Below, piece by piece: positions 26,810-39,185 of a stretch of DNA of 64,000 nt (position 1 is the stretch's first letter; the number at the start of each line of letters is the position of its first letter). Below the pieces are notes generated by a model, which was not told the DNA's origin, did no database searches, and saw nothing but the letters and a program-made list of their open reading frames with translations. The position numbers were made by a program, and so were the translations under genes. This stretch comes from Camelus ferus (lineage: Eukaryota): assembly GCF_009834535.1 (NCBI RefSeq), contig NC_045696.1, positions 117,554,001-117,618,000 on the forward strand. The letters run 5' to 3'.

Positions 26810-27005
26810 GATGGGAAAAGAAGACAACTTGAAGTCAAGTTGCAATTAACTTCCGCGGCAGCCGCAGCTCCGGCGGCGGCGGCGGCGGCACCAGAGGCAG
26901 AAGCCGCCGCCTCGGAAGTCCGACGCCGGCGCGCCCTCCCGGGGAGCCGCGCCCGGTCTCGGGCCGAGCTCCACAGCCACCGCCGCCCCCAGCGCCCATG
27001 CCTGA
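26810..27005 (+). other. Candidate distal non-coding first exon of SATB1
   Basis: Follows a C-rich GC-box region. ETS-like ACTTCCGC at 26849. Ends at donor TGA|GTGAGT (27006-27011). Start approximate. Confidence 0.5.
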
Positions 27006-30000
27006 GTGAGTTCTGCTCCTTTGCCTCTCTTTTATTTTGCCCCCCACTCTTGCTCTTTCATCTCTGTCTCTCTTTTTTTCCCCGAAATCTATCCAAACTT
27101 CACTGTCGCACCCACCCACGGTGCCCCTTGTTGGGGCGGCTCGGCTCCCCTCTCGTGGGCGCCCGGCGTCAGGGGTCTTGCGAACCCCTGCCCTCTCGCG
27201 CAGCCGGATCCGGAGGGATGGCGGGTAGAGTGAGGGAGAGCACCCCGGGACGGGGGACTTGAAGATGCCATTCGTTCTCTCTCGGGGTGTGGACCCGCTC
27301 ACACACCTGCCCGACAGACCCCGGCTGAACAAACTCCTCCAGGTCTTCAGTCTGACCCCTTTTGGAAGATAAAGGGGGAGTCGAAAAGACGGAAGGAGGC
27401 ACAGGGGAAAAGGGAGACCCTCTCTGTGCGCCCCGGAGCAGAAAGGTGCCCGGCGGAGTAGGCTGGGGAGTGGAAACGTTCCCCCGCCGGATCGCAAGTA
27501 AGCTCAGCATCTTTCCTCGGTCCATCTGCGCCTCCCTCCGCCCCCCGCCGCCGCGGCTGGTTGGAGCGGCGGCAGAGAGGGGCCTGGGAAGTTTGTGGCA
27601 ACTTCTCCATCCCGGGAGCCGCTCGGGCGCCAGGGCGCTCAAGTTGGAGCCGGGAGTTTGAAAGCCGCGGCACTCCGCGGTTCGAGCCCTCGCCGGTTGT
27701 AGGGAGGTCGGTCCTGTAGCGGCTCCTGGAGTGAATGTGGGTTTGGAGTTGGGCTGGAGGTAGGAAGAGGTGCTGCCCTCTTTGCGGGGACAGAGACATC
27801 ACAGGTGCGGCCTCAGGGTCCGCACCGTGTCTCGCTCCTGCGGTCCCGACCCGAGCGTGGCGGCCTTCTTTGAGCGCTCCCCGACCGAGACTCCCGGGGC
27901 GGCGGAGCGTAGGTTTAGACAATCATGACGAGAGGGACGAAACAGGCAGGTGGCAGGTCTGGGGAGTGACAAGCGCGTACCGGGGAAATCCGCTGAGCTG
28001 GACTCTGGGGATGACCCCAGAAGACGGAGAGGGGCTTATTTAGGGTCCTTGCTGGGGATTTTGGCCCTGACCTCCGTTAGAGCTTTGCAAATTTCACTTA
28101 AAAGTGTCAACCACAGGATTGCCTCTCAAAGTGCCCTGGTTGGCAACTTTGACCTCTGCGCCCTTCCTCGGCGAACTTTCTCAGCAGCATTCCAGATTCC
28201 CAGGCAAATGCAGTTAAGACTTGGACTCCACACGGTTGTAAAGAGGTAGAGAAAACAGAAGCACGTCCGATTCTCAGGAGAGAACCTTTCTGCCCCGACT
28301 GACTGGGGTTCCATGCTTGCATCCTGGGAGACCAGGGGACCGGACTTTCCCAAGAGGACAGAAGAGGGGGTAAGAAAGAGTAAAACGCGACTGCTAGGTG
28401 TCAGGATTTGACCTAATCCGTCCCTGAAATCTACAGTGTTCGTGCTGCTGACCGAGTAACTCATCCAGTTGAAACTTTATTGAAATTTACACCCAATCTT
28501 AAAGTGGATTTTTCTGAGATGTCAGGAATTAAGATTTACTCTGTAGTCAAACGTAGCTGGGGGGGGGGGGAAGTACCTCAAGACTGGAATAAACCAAGGT
28601 TGAGGTGTTTGCTCTGAAAAACCTTTAATCTGCTGTGTGGTACTAATGCTAGGGTTTAGCAGCCGTCCTTTATTTCTATTACATATTATTTTAGTAGAAC
28701 AGTAGTACATTCTTATACTGGCTCCTCCGGTCTGCTGACAAACATTAGCATTCAGGCTTACATTTTTGACAAATGTGCAGACAGGAATAGCATGAATAGG
28801 CATCTTAAATATTAACAACCTAAGCATCTGTTGTGAAACAAATTTAATATATTTACTCTGTTTTTCTCACATTGTTAGAAAAGGTTATAATAAGTGCATA
28901 ATTTCAACTTTAGTTAGCAGAAGTAACCAGCTGTATCTTTCACTACCTCTCCAAGTGTTTAACACAATCACCAGACATAAATACTTTAATTAACTTGGTT
29001 AGGCACATTATTAAATACACTTTAGGCGATGTGTCTACCATGTAAAATGTAACAGTGGCAAAATATGTATCCTATTTGTGCACATTTTAAACGACTATGC
29101 ATTTTATAAATATACCAGGCATGTTTATTCTTCATCGCCATTTGACACTTATTACTTCATATTTTTCCTAATGGAAACAATATTTTACATGTAGAGTCAT
29201 TCAGTCATATGTAATACATAATATGTAAACAGTAGCTATAAAATACAAAGCATTGTTAAATTTGAGTATGGCTACACATAACAAGATTATACCAGAGAAA
29301 TAAAAATCACTGCTCAATTTTGTATTCCTTTCTGAATAATGGATACAAATGATGGGTGGAAAAAGAGCAAATAGGGATTTCCCTCCTAAAGTACCAGTGC
29401 CTTAAAACCTGTGTGGGGTGGGGATGGGAGGGGAGGGGCAGGAGGGACAAGGGGAAGAAGCAGGGGGGAAAAAAAAAAAAGATCAGCAGAGAAAGAAGAC
29501 TTAAAGAACTTCCAAGAGTCTGAATAGTTATTTCCAGAATCAATGCATTCTTCATTTTCCCACAAGCTGAAATATGTAATATATAATAGTTCTTTGTATG
29601 TAAAAGTATTCAAAAGGAATGCCTTTTGTTCAGTTGCTGTAATAAATTAATATATTCTTTGGTTGATCATCTGCAAAAGTAGTTCTTTTGTCTCTCAGCA
29701 TCTTAAACAAGGACAACAACAAAATGAATATTGGTTTATTTTTGCAAAGGAGTCTGTGGCCGGCTATATGAACCTGCGATTGAATAAGCTGATATGCTGA
29801 ATGATGGTTAAGAAAATCTGCATTAAATTAGCAAAGACTGAAATATCTGGGGGAGATTTTCCTTCATTTTTTCACATGACAGGTTGTGGATTGTAAGTTA
29901 GGCCTAAAAGGTCAGGTGACAGGCACCTGTTCCTCATTATTGTAAAAATCTTTGGGTAACAAACACTATCAAGCTAAACACAACATGGATGTACAGCAGG

Positions 30001-32859
30001 GACTCTCTAAAGCACTCTAGTGGTTTTTCATCTGCTCTGTAAATTTCCAAAAGGGCCATACATAGATAGGCCCTTTACACAAACACATCTTTTCTTCCAA
30101 GACGTGTTTTCTTGAATGATGCTTGTAGTATATTAGTACTCGGGGCTGATGAAGTATATAAAATACATACATATGACAGGATCAATCTTTGGACTGTGTC
30201 TAGACATGCTGAAGTCAAATGTAAAAATGTGTTATTTTCCAAACTTCTTTTTCCCTTTACAGTCCACTGATTAATGATCCAAGTTTGTTCGTGTTTTAAA
30301 TAGAAACCTCCCCAAATTGCCTTTTATGCTTTTTAGAGAAGGTGAGTTCCCATTTGCAGTGATGCCAGGAGATATTCCGCTTGGTACTTGAGTGTAAGGA
30401 GACCATGAATTGCTGTATACTGCCATAGCTCTGTGGTGTATAGAAAATGGGAAGAAAACCACATTTTACATGAATGCTGTTAGGAAGGATATCAGTTTGA
30501 TCTTCACACTTGCCACATCTCTCAGGGGAGTTCAGTAACATTTCGATTAGAATTAAGGAATGTGACTGGGTTTTTATGAATGATTTCCTTTTGGATATTT
30601 CAGAGAGCAGAATCAGCATACATATTGATCGGACCTAAGAGGCACAAGGTTGCAAAATGTTAAAGGTGCCAGTTGCTTTTCATTAAGCAGAGGAGGAGGA
30701 ATTGGAGTAAATTCGCTTGGTAACTGTGATTCTTTAGTTCTGTATGTAAATATGCTCTTTGTCTGTCTTTGATTTGGTATAGCTGCTGCTGATCCTATGA
30801 AGTGTTCCTTTTTAGCATTTGTGATCAGATTACAGAACATTACTCCTGCTCTCCAAATTGATTTGGTTTTCCAACTCCCAAACTCTGGGATGATTTTAAC
30901 AAATTGGTTTACCTTTTAGACAGAACAGAGTTTAAGTTAATTAATAGAGCAGGCACGAAAAATCCTCCACGGTAGGGTATATGTTCTGGTAAAATGAAAG
31001 TTATGTCTCAGCGTGATGGCCATCAGGCTTCAGTAATCTGTTCCTCGTGTGGAATGAACACTTCCTACTTTCAGCTAGCAGACACCTACTGTTTATTTAC
31101 GCTGCATTAAACTGACAGCTCAGCAATCGGAGGAAAAATATTACTTACCTTCCTGAAGTAAATACCAGTTTATAGGTTAGTGCATGTATTTATATTCCTG
31201 TCACCACTAAATAACTGCTCTGTCTCCATTTTAATATCTACCTGTACTATAATCCAGGGCTCTGACTCTCCCTGGTTGGGGGCAGGGGTCGAGAGGAGGT
31301 TTTCCGATCATCCCCCAGTGGCTACACTTGAAAGACAAGGAATTTCATCTTCTCGTGTCTGTCCTGCGAGTTGAAAGAAATATTACGCACTTTTGCTTTA
31401 CGTACCTCAACTGTAACATCTAAATCCCCCAAGCATCCGCATGCCACTTAAAATAGTCATCTTAGAGCCACCTCAGGACAAATACGTTCCAACACATTCA
31501 AGTGTATGTTTGCTACAGTCGCTCTCCACAAAGTTCCAAATAGGTAACTTCAACTATTTGATTACATAGATAAAAACTTTGATGAAGTGTCTTCCCTCCC
31601 AACCCTTAGTTGGAATGTTGCAGTTTTTAATGGAAATCTGCAAATATGAGTATTTGCAGTATTTGCAAAGTGGGACACGTTGATATTGATTGATGATTGA
31701 TTGACACTGTTAGCTTTCCTCTGAAAATATTCTTCCCTCCTTTGTCTTTTTGTTAATTTTCCAACCTCAAGGGGAGGGGGAGGTTACAACTTTGTTCCAA
31801 TACTAAATGCATGTGTGTTTTGTTTTTTTTTAATTGAAAGTCTGTTCTCTTTCGAGACCCCTAGAAACAGCAGAACATTCTTGAAGCTGAATTCCAGAAC
31901 TTCTGATGAACTTGAGAAAATGCTTGTTTTCACTTCCATTCTAGAAGTAGCTCTTACACTCATCCTGTACACACGGTTGTCAGTCTCTAATCACATATTC
32001 CATTGACATCAGAGCAGAATGTGGTCTTAATACAGCATATAAATCAAATCTGTTACACAAGGTTCTTCTCTTTCTATACCAAAGAAAACGTGTCTACTAT
32101 GGTAATTTATATATCGTTCCTAAGTGCGATTCTCAATGGTAAGTCTGTTTAAACTTGATGTCTTCATAGAGTGTGATCAACACATTAACACACATTATTT
32201 AGTACTTTTGAACTTATGCCAACGGTACCTTTTGCTGTTTATTTTTTTAAGTCTTTTTTAAGATCAGATACTTCATTTCAGAGTAAATAGATACAGATTG
32301 TGTGTATATATATTCAGGGTGAGATTTAGTAGCGTAGCATTTCTCCAGCATATTGGCCTATTTTTATTCTTTTCAGTTATTCTGTATCACTTCCACAGTT
32401 GTTGCTGTCTGAAGGTTCGTAAATAGAAATTCTAATCACCTCTTTTCAATGGACTTTCAAGGATGTAATTAGGTTCTGGGGTGATCTGGTTTAGTTATGA
32501 GTGATGAAAATTAGTTAACCGGTACCCCGGCATGTATGTTCCTAGATTCGGCTGAAATTTATTCAATCCAGTTATTTGATATTTTGGGAATGAAATGTCT
32601 TGTGATCAAAACTTAAGAGTTGGTTCAGTTTCCAGTGGAGGAAGGAGCTTGCTGGATAAGACATTGAACTGTGCAATATTTTATTACACTCATCACTCAC
32701 TTGAGATCCCGCTCCTTGTTGCATGAAATTTTGCTGCATCTCGGGGTGCAGGTCATCCAGATGAAGCTAAAATGCTTGCAGAGGAAGCAGATATCAGGCT
32801 GCACCTGGTTATGCCTTTGCTAGGATGTCTGTTGACCTGCATTGGCCCCCCCTTCCTCT

Positions 32860-33139
32860 GCACCCCTTCCCCCCAAGGTGTGCAGGAAGTGGAGGGCGTT
32901 GCACCGGGTGAAGTGGGTGGACTCTACCCAGAGCTGTGACCTGATTTGTGACGTACCCTCAGAACTGCAGTAATGGTCCAGCTGCTTCACAGGCAACTGG
33001 TAACCACCTCATTTGGGGATGCTTCTGCCTCGCTAGCAGTGCCAGAGCGAACTCCGTCATTGTCACCTCATCAAAGACTACTTCTTGAGAGCGCTCCTCT
33101 AGGGCTAGATTCGGAGAGCAGCCTCTAATATTTGGAAGG
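32860..33139 (+). promoter_or_regulatory. Candidate intermediate (CpG-poor) SATB1 promoter and non-coding first exon
   Basis: Consensus donor AGG|GTAAGT at 33140-33145. Upstream are ETS CAGGAAGTG (about 32883), a CRE-like TGACGTA (about 32949) and TCF/LEF ATCAAAG (33070-33076), in locally raised GC. SATB1 is known to use several alternative promoters. Confidence 0.55.
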
Positions 33140-36100
33140 GTAAGTGCCAGAAAAGTTGCTATTAGTTCCGTATGGAGAATCAGGGCTGCAGCCACAGGGA
33201 GAGCCCGGCGTTTGGTGTCCGAGGGAAGTCTCTGGGTTGGGATGTTGCTTTTTCTCAGCAAGGGATGATTTGGAACCAGAGACCCAACAGAAATTCTACA
33301 GTGTGCATTCTTCTCTGGGTGATGAAAAGTGGGAGGAAGCGCCCAGGAGAAATTACTAGACCTTCTTTTCCTGAGATATTTAAAGAAAAGGTAGTCAGTA
33401 ATCTGTGTGAGGGGGAATTCTTTAGCTGCAGTTTTCCAGGAAGCTAGGCATATAGTAGAGTTGATTGCCAGACGCTTCTTTTCTAGTCTCACTCAATGGT
33501 TTCTGATGTGCCGTTAAGAGCATGTGTACGACAGTTTGGCCTTTACTCTTTATAATGTTAGGGACTTTAAGGTAAAGGCGATTTTATGTTATAAATATTT
33601 GATTGTAATTTATAATTATTATAAATAAAATAGAACCTAGTCTACTCAAATATCTTTTGAAATGGAGATAGTCTTGAATAGAGTGTGTCCGTAATTAGCT
33701 GTTTGATGTTGAATGCAATTGAGTTTTCTTGTTCCAGTGAAGCAGACAATGGAAATCATCGGGGATTAACAACAGGGCTATGTGATTCTTGCAGTAGCAA
33801 ACCTATCTCTCCCCATTCACTGGTTTAAAAAAAAAATTATCAGTAAATAAAGGACTAAATTCAAATGCTTACAGTTTTCAATTTTAAAAGAATATATAGA
33901 ATGGATAAAATAATCCAAGTGTTTCCCACTGTGTTTCACCAACTGAAATGATACCTAGATGTTCTGTCTAATATGAGACAGGTTTCTCCAGGCTGTCGAG
34001 GAAAGAACAATATTTTAATAACTGTGCTTTTAATTTTTTTTTTACCCTTAGAGGTGGGCTCTCTTTTGGGTGGTTTAAGGGGACTCAAAACCAATTGAGA
34101 ACATTATCTTAAAAGTTTAAAAATGACAGCCTTACTTTGTATGGAGTCATTGTGTTTTAATAATACTGTACGCTTATTAGTGTTATTAGAGCGGTAGACA
34201 GTTAATTACAGCCTTTTCTGAGACATGTTAACTGTATATTAACAGTCATGTTAAAAAAGAATGATGTATACTCTTACATACAAGCTGCTGCTTGCTAGGC
34301 TCCTTCAAAATAGTCTTTGAAAGTGTATGGAGTCAGATTTTTGGTCCAGAATTCTCAAAATATTTTCTGCTAAAGCCACTTAATTTTCAAACTTTACACG
34401 GGAATGTACAATTTTCAATTTTCTTCCTGTCTTTTTTTTTTTTTCTTTCTTTCTTTCTCTGAAATAAGCATTGGCTTGATCACCTTTGCCCAGTGGCATT
34501 AGAAATCATTGTCCCTCAGCAGTTTTTGCCCTCCCACACTGTATTTTGAGATGCCTGCCTTTTTGTTTTGTGATGACTTTGGCCAACATAAGCCATTAAA
34601 AGCTTATTGAGTTGATTTAGCACCTCTGAAGACTCCTCTTTGTGGAATCATTTTAGTCACTGATTCTTGAGCCAAGTTGTGTTTTCTTACAGTTCTCTAC
34701 AACCTGATATTTAAGGTGCATTTGAGCAATTGATCACAGCAGTAGTTCCAGGTCTATGTTACTTGCCAAATCTGAAGCCTGGGTTTTTCCTTTGGTTTCT
34801 GGCAGAACAATGGCTGACTGAAACCAGAGGAGTTTAAAGCTGGACTGAGCCTGCCTTAGACAATTCTATCAAGTTGGTTAACGATTTGAATTCCCTTGGT
34901 TCATTTGGATATGGAGACCTTTTAACCTTGTTAGACAGCACTTACAGATGCATTGGTATTCCCACTTTACAAATGTTCAGGTGATGCTCCTATTTATTTC
35001 TACAAGGTATTAAACTACAAAAAAAATTCAGTGTGAGGTGCACGTCTGTGTTCTGTAAAATAGTAGCAACTTCGCAGTTAGCCTTCTGTGTCTTGTGTAG
35101 GGAGCACTCATTAAAGATTTGCTAAATTAAAATAAAATAGCGAATTTAGCTTGTGCTGATATGGTTTAGTGGGAACAGACTTTTCTCTCTAATTTTCTTT
35201 TTTTGCTGGGGTTATCTGAACACCTCCTCTCCACATGCCCCATTTTCTGGATAATCCAATGTTTTCCTTCTCTGACTAAAGGTCATTTTGGGACCATAGC
35301 ACTGGGGTTTTGTTTTTTTTTTAACCCTTGTTGACCTTCAGAATGAGGTGAGGTCTCTCTGCTGAGGTTCATGGTCCTTTGGTGTTTGGCTTGTGGTAAC
35401 AAAGTGTCCGGGAATCAGCACAGAGCACTCCTCTCAGGTCCTTGTAGTCAGGATACCATAGAATTGTTTTTCCGATGTTCTGGGGCCAAAAATACTGTGC
35501 ACTAATGGCCCAAGTCTGATAGACCTCTACCTGTTCTCTCCTACAATAATGATTTTTTTCAGGACCCCACATGATTATTGCATAAAGAGTTTTTTTTTTT
35601 TTTTTTTTTCCATTGTGGCTATATACATTGTTTAAAAATGTTTCAAGATTCAGGGTATTTATATTAATGAAGGTTTCACTCCACTTCTTAAAATTAATGC
35701 CAGAGTTGCAACAGGGTTGTGTTAGGTGCCTCTAAAACATTCTGAAAAGTTCTGGGCATTCTATGAAAGTTATCTTAAAAAAAAAAAAAACTTCCTCTTT
35801 AAATTTCTTTTCATGTGTGGGGCTATTTGCGAGTCAGTCCTACTTAGTTACACAAAGGAAAGTCTTCCTTAAACAGTGCACTGCTGTGTGACCTATTACA
35901 TTACCATGCACATTCTGTCTCTTTAAAAACAGTCTCCTCTATTTGCCCTATTAATTGTTGATATGTTGCCATCCACGAGACAAAAATTAGAGCTGTAATT
36001 AAATAATCATGTGATGCTCCTTAGTGCCAGTGAGAGCAAACTCATTTTTCCAGGCCCTGATGGTCACTGATTATTGTATTACTACTGGCTTGCTTTATTT

Positions 36101-39026
36101 TTTTTAATGATTCTCTATCTCTATGTTCCCTAACGACTGTCCTTCTTTTCAAAATTAAAGAAAATAGAGAACATTCAGCCAGTTAATTGGCTAGAGGTCC
36201 TCAGGGAGGTAAGGTAGACATACCTTTCTCTGCTTTTGGTCACCTGGTAGGTTCTTTGGGGAGGCGACATCAGTGGTGTGGTTGCCTGCCATTTAATTTA
36301 CACTGGTGTTTTGGCTGGGATGGAGGCATATGGGGGATGCCAGGAGAATTACAAAAGGAGCCGGGTATTAAAATTCAGAAATGATTAAAATTGAAATAAA
36401 AGGATGCTGCTTCTTTGCCAGTACTCTGGCAGTCATAATGACACATAGAGATTAGTTTCCACCTTCATCTTTTCCTTCTTTTTCATTTCCTCTTGTTTAT
36501 TGTTGACACATTTTCCTTATGTCTGTCTCCCGTCTCTGTATCTTTTTGCACCATTATGCATTCCCGCCTCTCCCTCTTTCCTTAAGCCCAGAGATGCCTA
36601 CTTAACCTTATTATAACAATAACAGAATAGGTTATTAATATTTAATATGCACATGATTAAAATTTCTCTCCCTTAAACATAGGTCAGCTGTATTGTTATT
36701 AACCGGCATGTAATTTTTCATTTAAAATATTCTTATTCTGCCCTGGCTGCTTCTGAAATGTAGTCCACTTTTGTAGTGATTTAATACATAATGTTTAGAA
36801 AACTGTGGTCGGCTAGTGAGAAAAGAACTTACCAGTCCTGGATAATCAATTATGCATGAATTCAAATGTAACAGATGGAATCTGGTGAGTTAAAGTTTCC
36901 CTTTGCCTTAGTGGTTTTTTGTTTTTTAATTTGTTTGTTTGACACCTGTCTCATATATAGATAAACATCTAATGTAGCATGTGAGAAATTTCCTTGTATC
37001 TTTATATTCTCTCTAAAGTGAACTTGATTTTTTAAATTAAATTTAAAGGCAGAGATTTTTTTTTTTTTTTTTTGTGGTCTTAAAGATGATCAGATTCTTT
37101 TCCATCACTTTATAGGTATGGAACCTGGTCTTGCTTGGCTTATGAAGACTCTCTCTCCTAGCTGGCGGAGGGGGAAGCAGGATCTCGGTTTCCCACCTTT
37201 TCTCACTGTAGCAGTTGTCCTCTTTTGTAGGAAGTGCTTCATTATAGAGCATTATTATGCTTACTCTGGGTTTTAAAGAATTTCTGAGAAAGACTGTAAT
37301 TGACTAGTCTTAAATTGTGAGACATTCCCTTGTATGACAGGCAAATAGTGTCTGTGAACATATATATACAGCTGTATGTGTATTATACAGACATCTATTC
37401 ATGCTATGCTGTTGGCCAAACAATTGGATTTACCAAAATCTGGGAATTTTTATTGAAAAGATTTGGTTTATATCCGAAACTACAGCACACGCCAGCCACA
37501 AAGATGCCTTTACACTAGCTTGCAGTGTTGTGAATTCTTAGTGACAAAACCCCTTTGTGCAAGGTGAACTGAAAAGTTATTTTTGAGAGTCTTGTTACCT
37601 CCACATAGAGATAAGTTTAATTCTCATTAATATGACATGAATGGGTAGTATCTTTTTGCAGTCGTGTAAGTCATAAAACAGTGGGTATTGTCCATCTTTA
37701 AAGCAATTACAGTCTCAAAACAGTTACAAGCTGGTCCCCATCAAAATTTTTCATAAATATGTTGTTTGTTTCTCTCCCAAGCGTATTTTTATATATAAAT
37801 AAAATACAAATGAAAGTCATCTTTACAGGGTAAATAAAAAGAAATGATTAAAAAAATAGCCTGGAGGCTCAGCAGTTCTGGTTTTAAAGTTATACTTACT
37901 TATAAGCATTACTTATCAAGTTTTTGCTTCATATCAGCTGGAAATTTGCATATATATTTATAGTCCACGATAGTTATCTAATGAATCAAATACACAATAA
38001 ACACACTAATAAAGAAAGCCACACCTGCAAAATAGGTAACGGGATATGCTTGAGTAACAGTTGTCCTGTAAAACTATTTTTTGGTATTTTATATACTTTT
38101 ATACGCAATAAATATGTAAATTTAATTTGGCTTTACTATGTATTCATATTCCTTAGGCATCAGAAAAATACATATACATAGGTATGAACTTCAATAAGGT
38201 ATATTTTATATATGACCTACCAATCTATTAAAAACTCCATCATTGATATAAAAATCCCGAACAGAAATCAGTATGAATAGATGCTAGGAAACAGAATATA
38301 GGACAGTATACTCTAGGAAAAGGTGATACTACAAATTACTGCATGCAGAAGTGAATACTACCATGAAAATGTGACTGATAAAATCAAATGTGAAAGTCTT
38401 TGGGGTTTTTTTTTATAACAAAAGTTACATTGTCTTGTTAAAATTGCAATCTAGAGTCTCTCTCTAGAGACCATTTATAAATCATTACATTGACTACATT
38501 TAGACAATTGTGATCCATCTTGGCTGTACTTCATGAAAGAGGTGGGCACTCTTAAGGACTGTTTAATTGGGAGGGTCTACTGTTTCATGAGTACAGTTAA
38601 TTTTGACTCAGTTTGAAAATATCCAAAAAGAATTTTTGGACTCCAGGTACTCTTACTTCTCGATTTGTGTCTATCCTTCTGTCTCTTTTGCTAAAAGACA
38701 GCAGTATAGAAGAAAATCTGAAAAAAAGTACCATTTTCCTGCATCAGAGGACCATCAAATTACCTACTTAGGGTGGGATCTTGGTCTCTAATTACCAAGC
38801 CATGTTAATTATCCTCGGGTCAGGTATTCCTCGTATGAATTAATTATCCAGCATAGACTGGATTGTGGCTGTTGGCGGGTAAGGACAAAGCAGTGGAAGG
38901 GTTGGCAGTGAGGATGGAGTCGTTTAGTAGCTCATTGTTTTTCTGCGTGGTCTGATATTTTCATGGTAATATATGTGTGCCAACCTTAGGAGTAGATGAA
39001 AGATTGTTTTGCCTTAGTATTGTGGT

Positions 39027-39185
39027 TTTTAATTTTTTTTAATTGGGATAAAAGACCTATTCCATAAAATATGCCGTCCCGATGATTCTTAAGTGTACAA
39101 TTCAGTGGCGTCAGTTACATTCACAGTGTTGAGCAACCCGTTGCCACCATCTCCTCCAAGTCTCTTCCATCATTCCAAATAGAAC
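39027..39185 (-). mobile_element. Old L1 3'-end fragment
   Basis: T-run followed by TAAGTGTACAATTCAGTGG...ACATTCACAGTGTTG, an antisense L1MA/MB-type 3' end. Confidence 0.6.

Larger units (their letters stand above)
25650..27950. promoter_or_regulatory. CpG island, distal and probably bidirectional SATB1 / antisense lncRNA promoter
   Basis: GC- and CpG-rich, with GC boxes, GGC repeats and splice donors on both strands. It lies about 24 kb upstream of the ATG exon, similar to my recollection of the human distal SATB1/SATB1-AS1 promoter. Confidence 0.85.

Noticed and set aside
25936..27922. Many long overlapping ORFs (up to 298 aa) on both strands in the distal CpG island
   Set aside because: They are low-complexity G/P/A/R translations expected from stop-codon scarcity in GC-rich DNA, mostly with non-ATG starts and no recognisable domain.
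31143..31151. Perfect minus-strand donor AAG|GTAAGT
   Set aside because: It is isolated, with no supporting promoter or acceptor identified, and about one such match is plausible by chance in a window this size.
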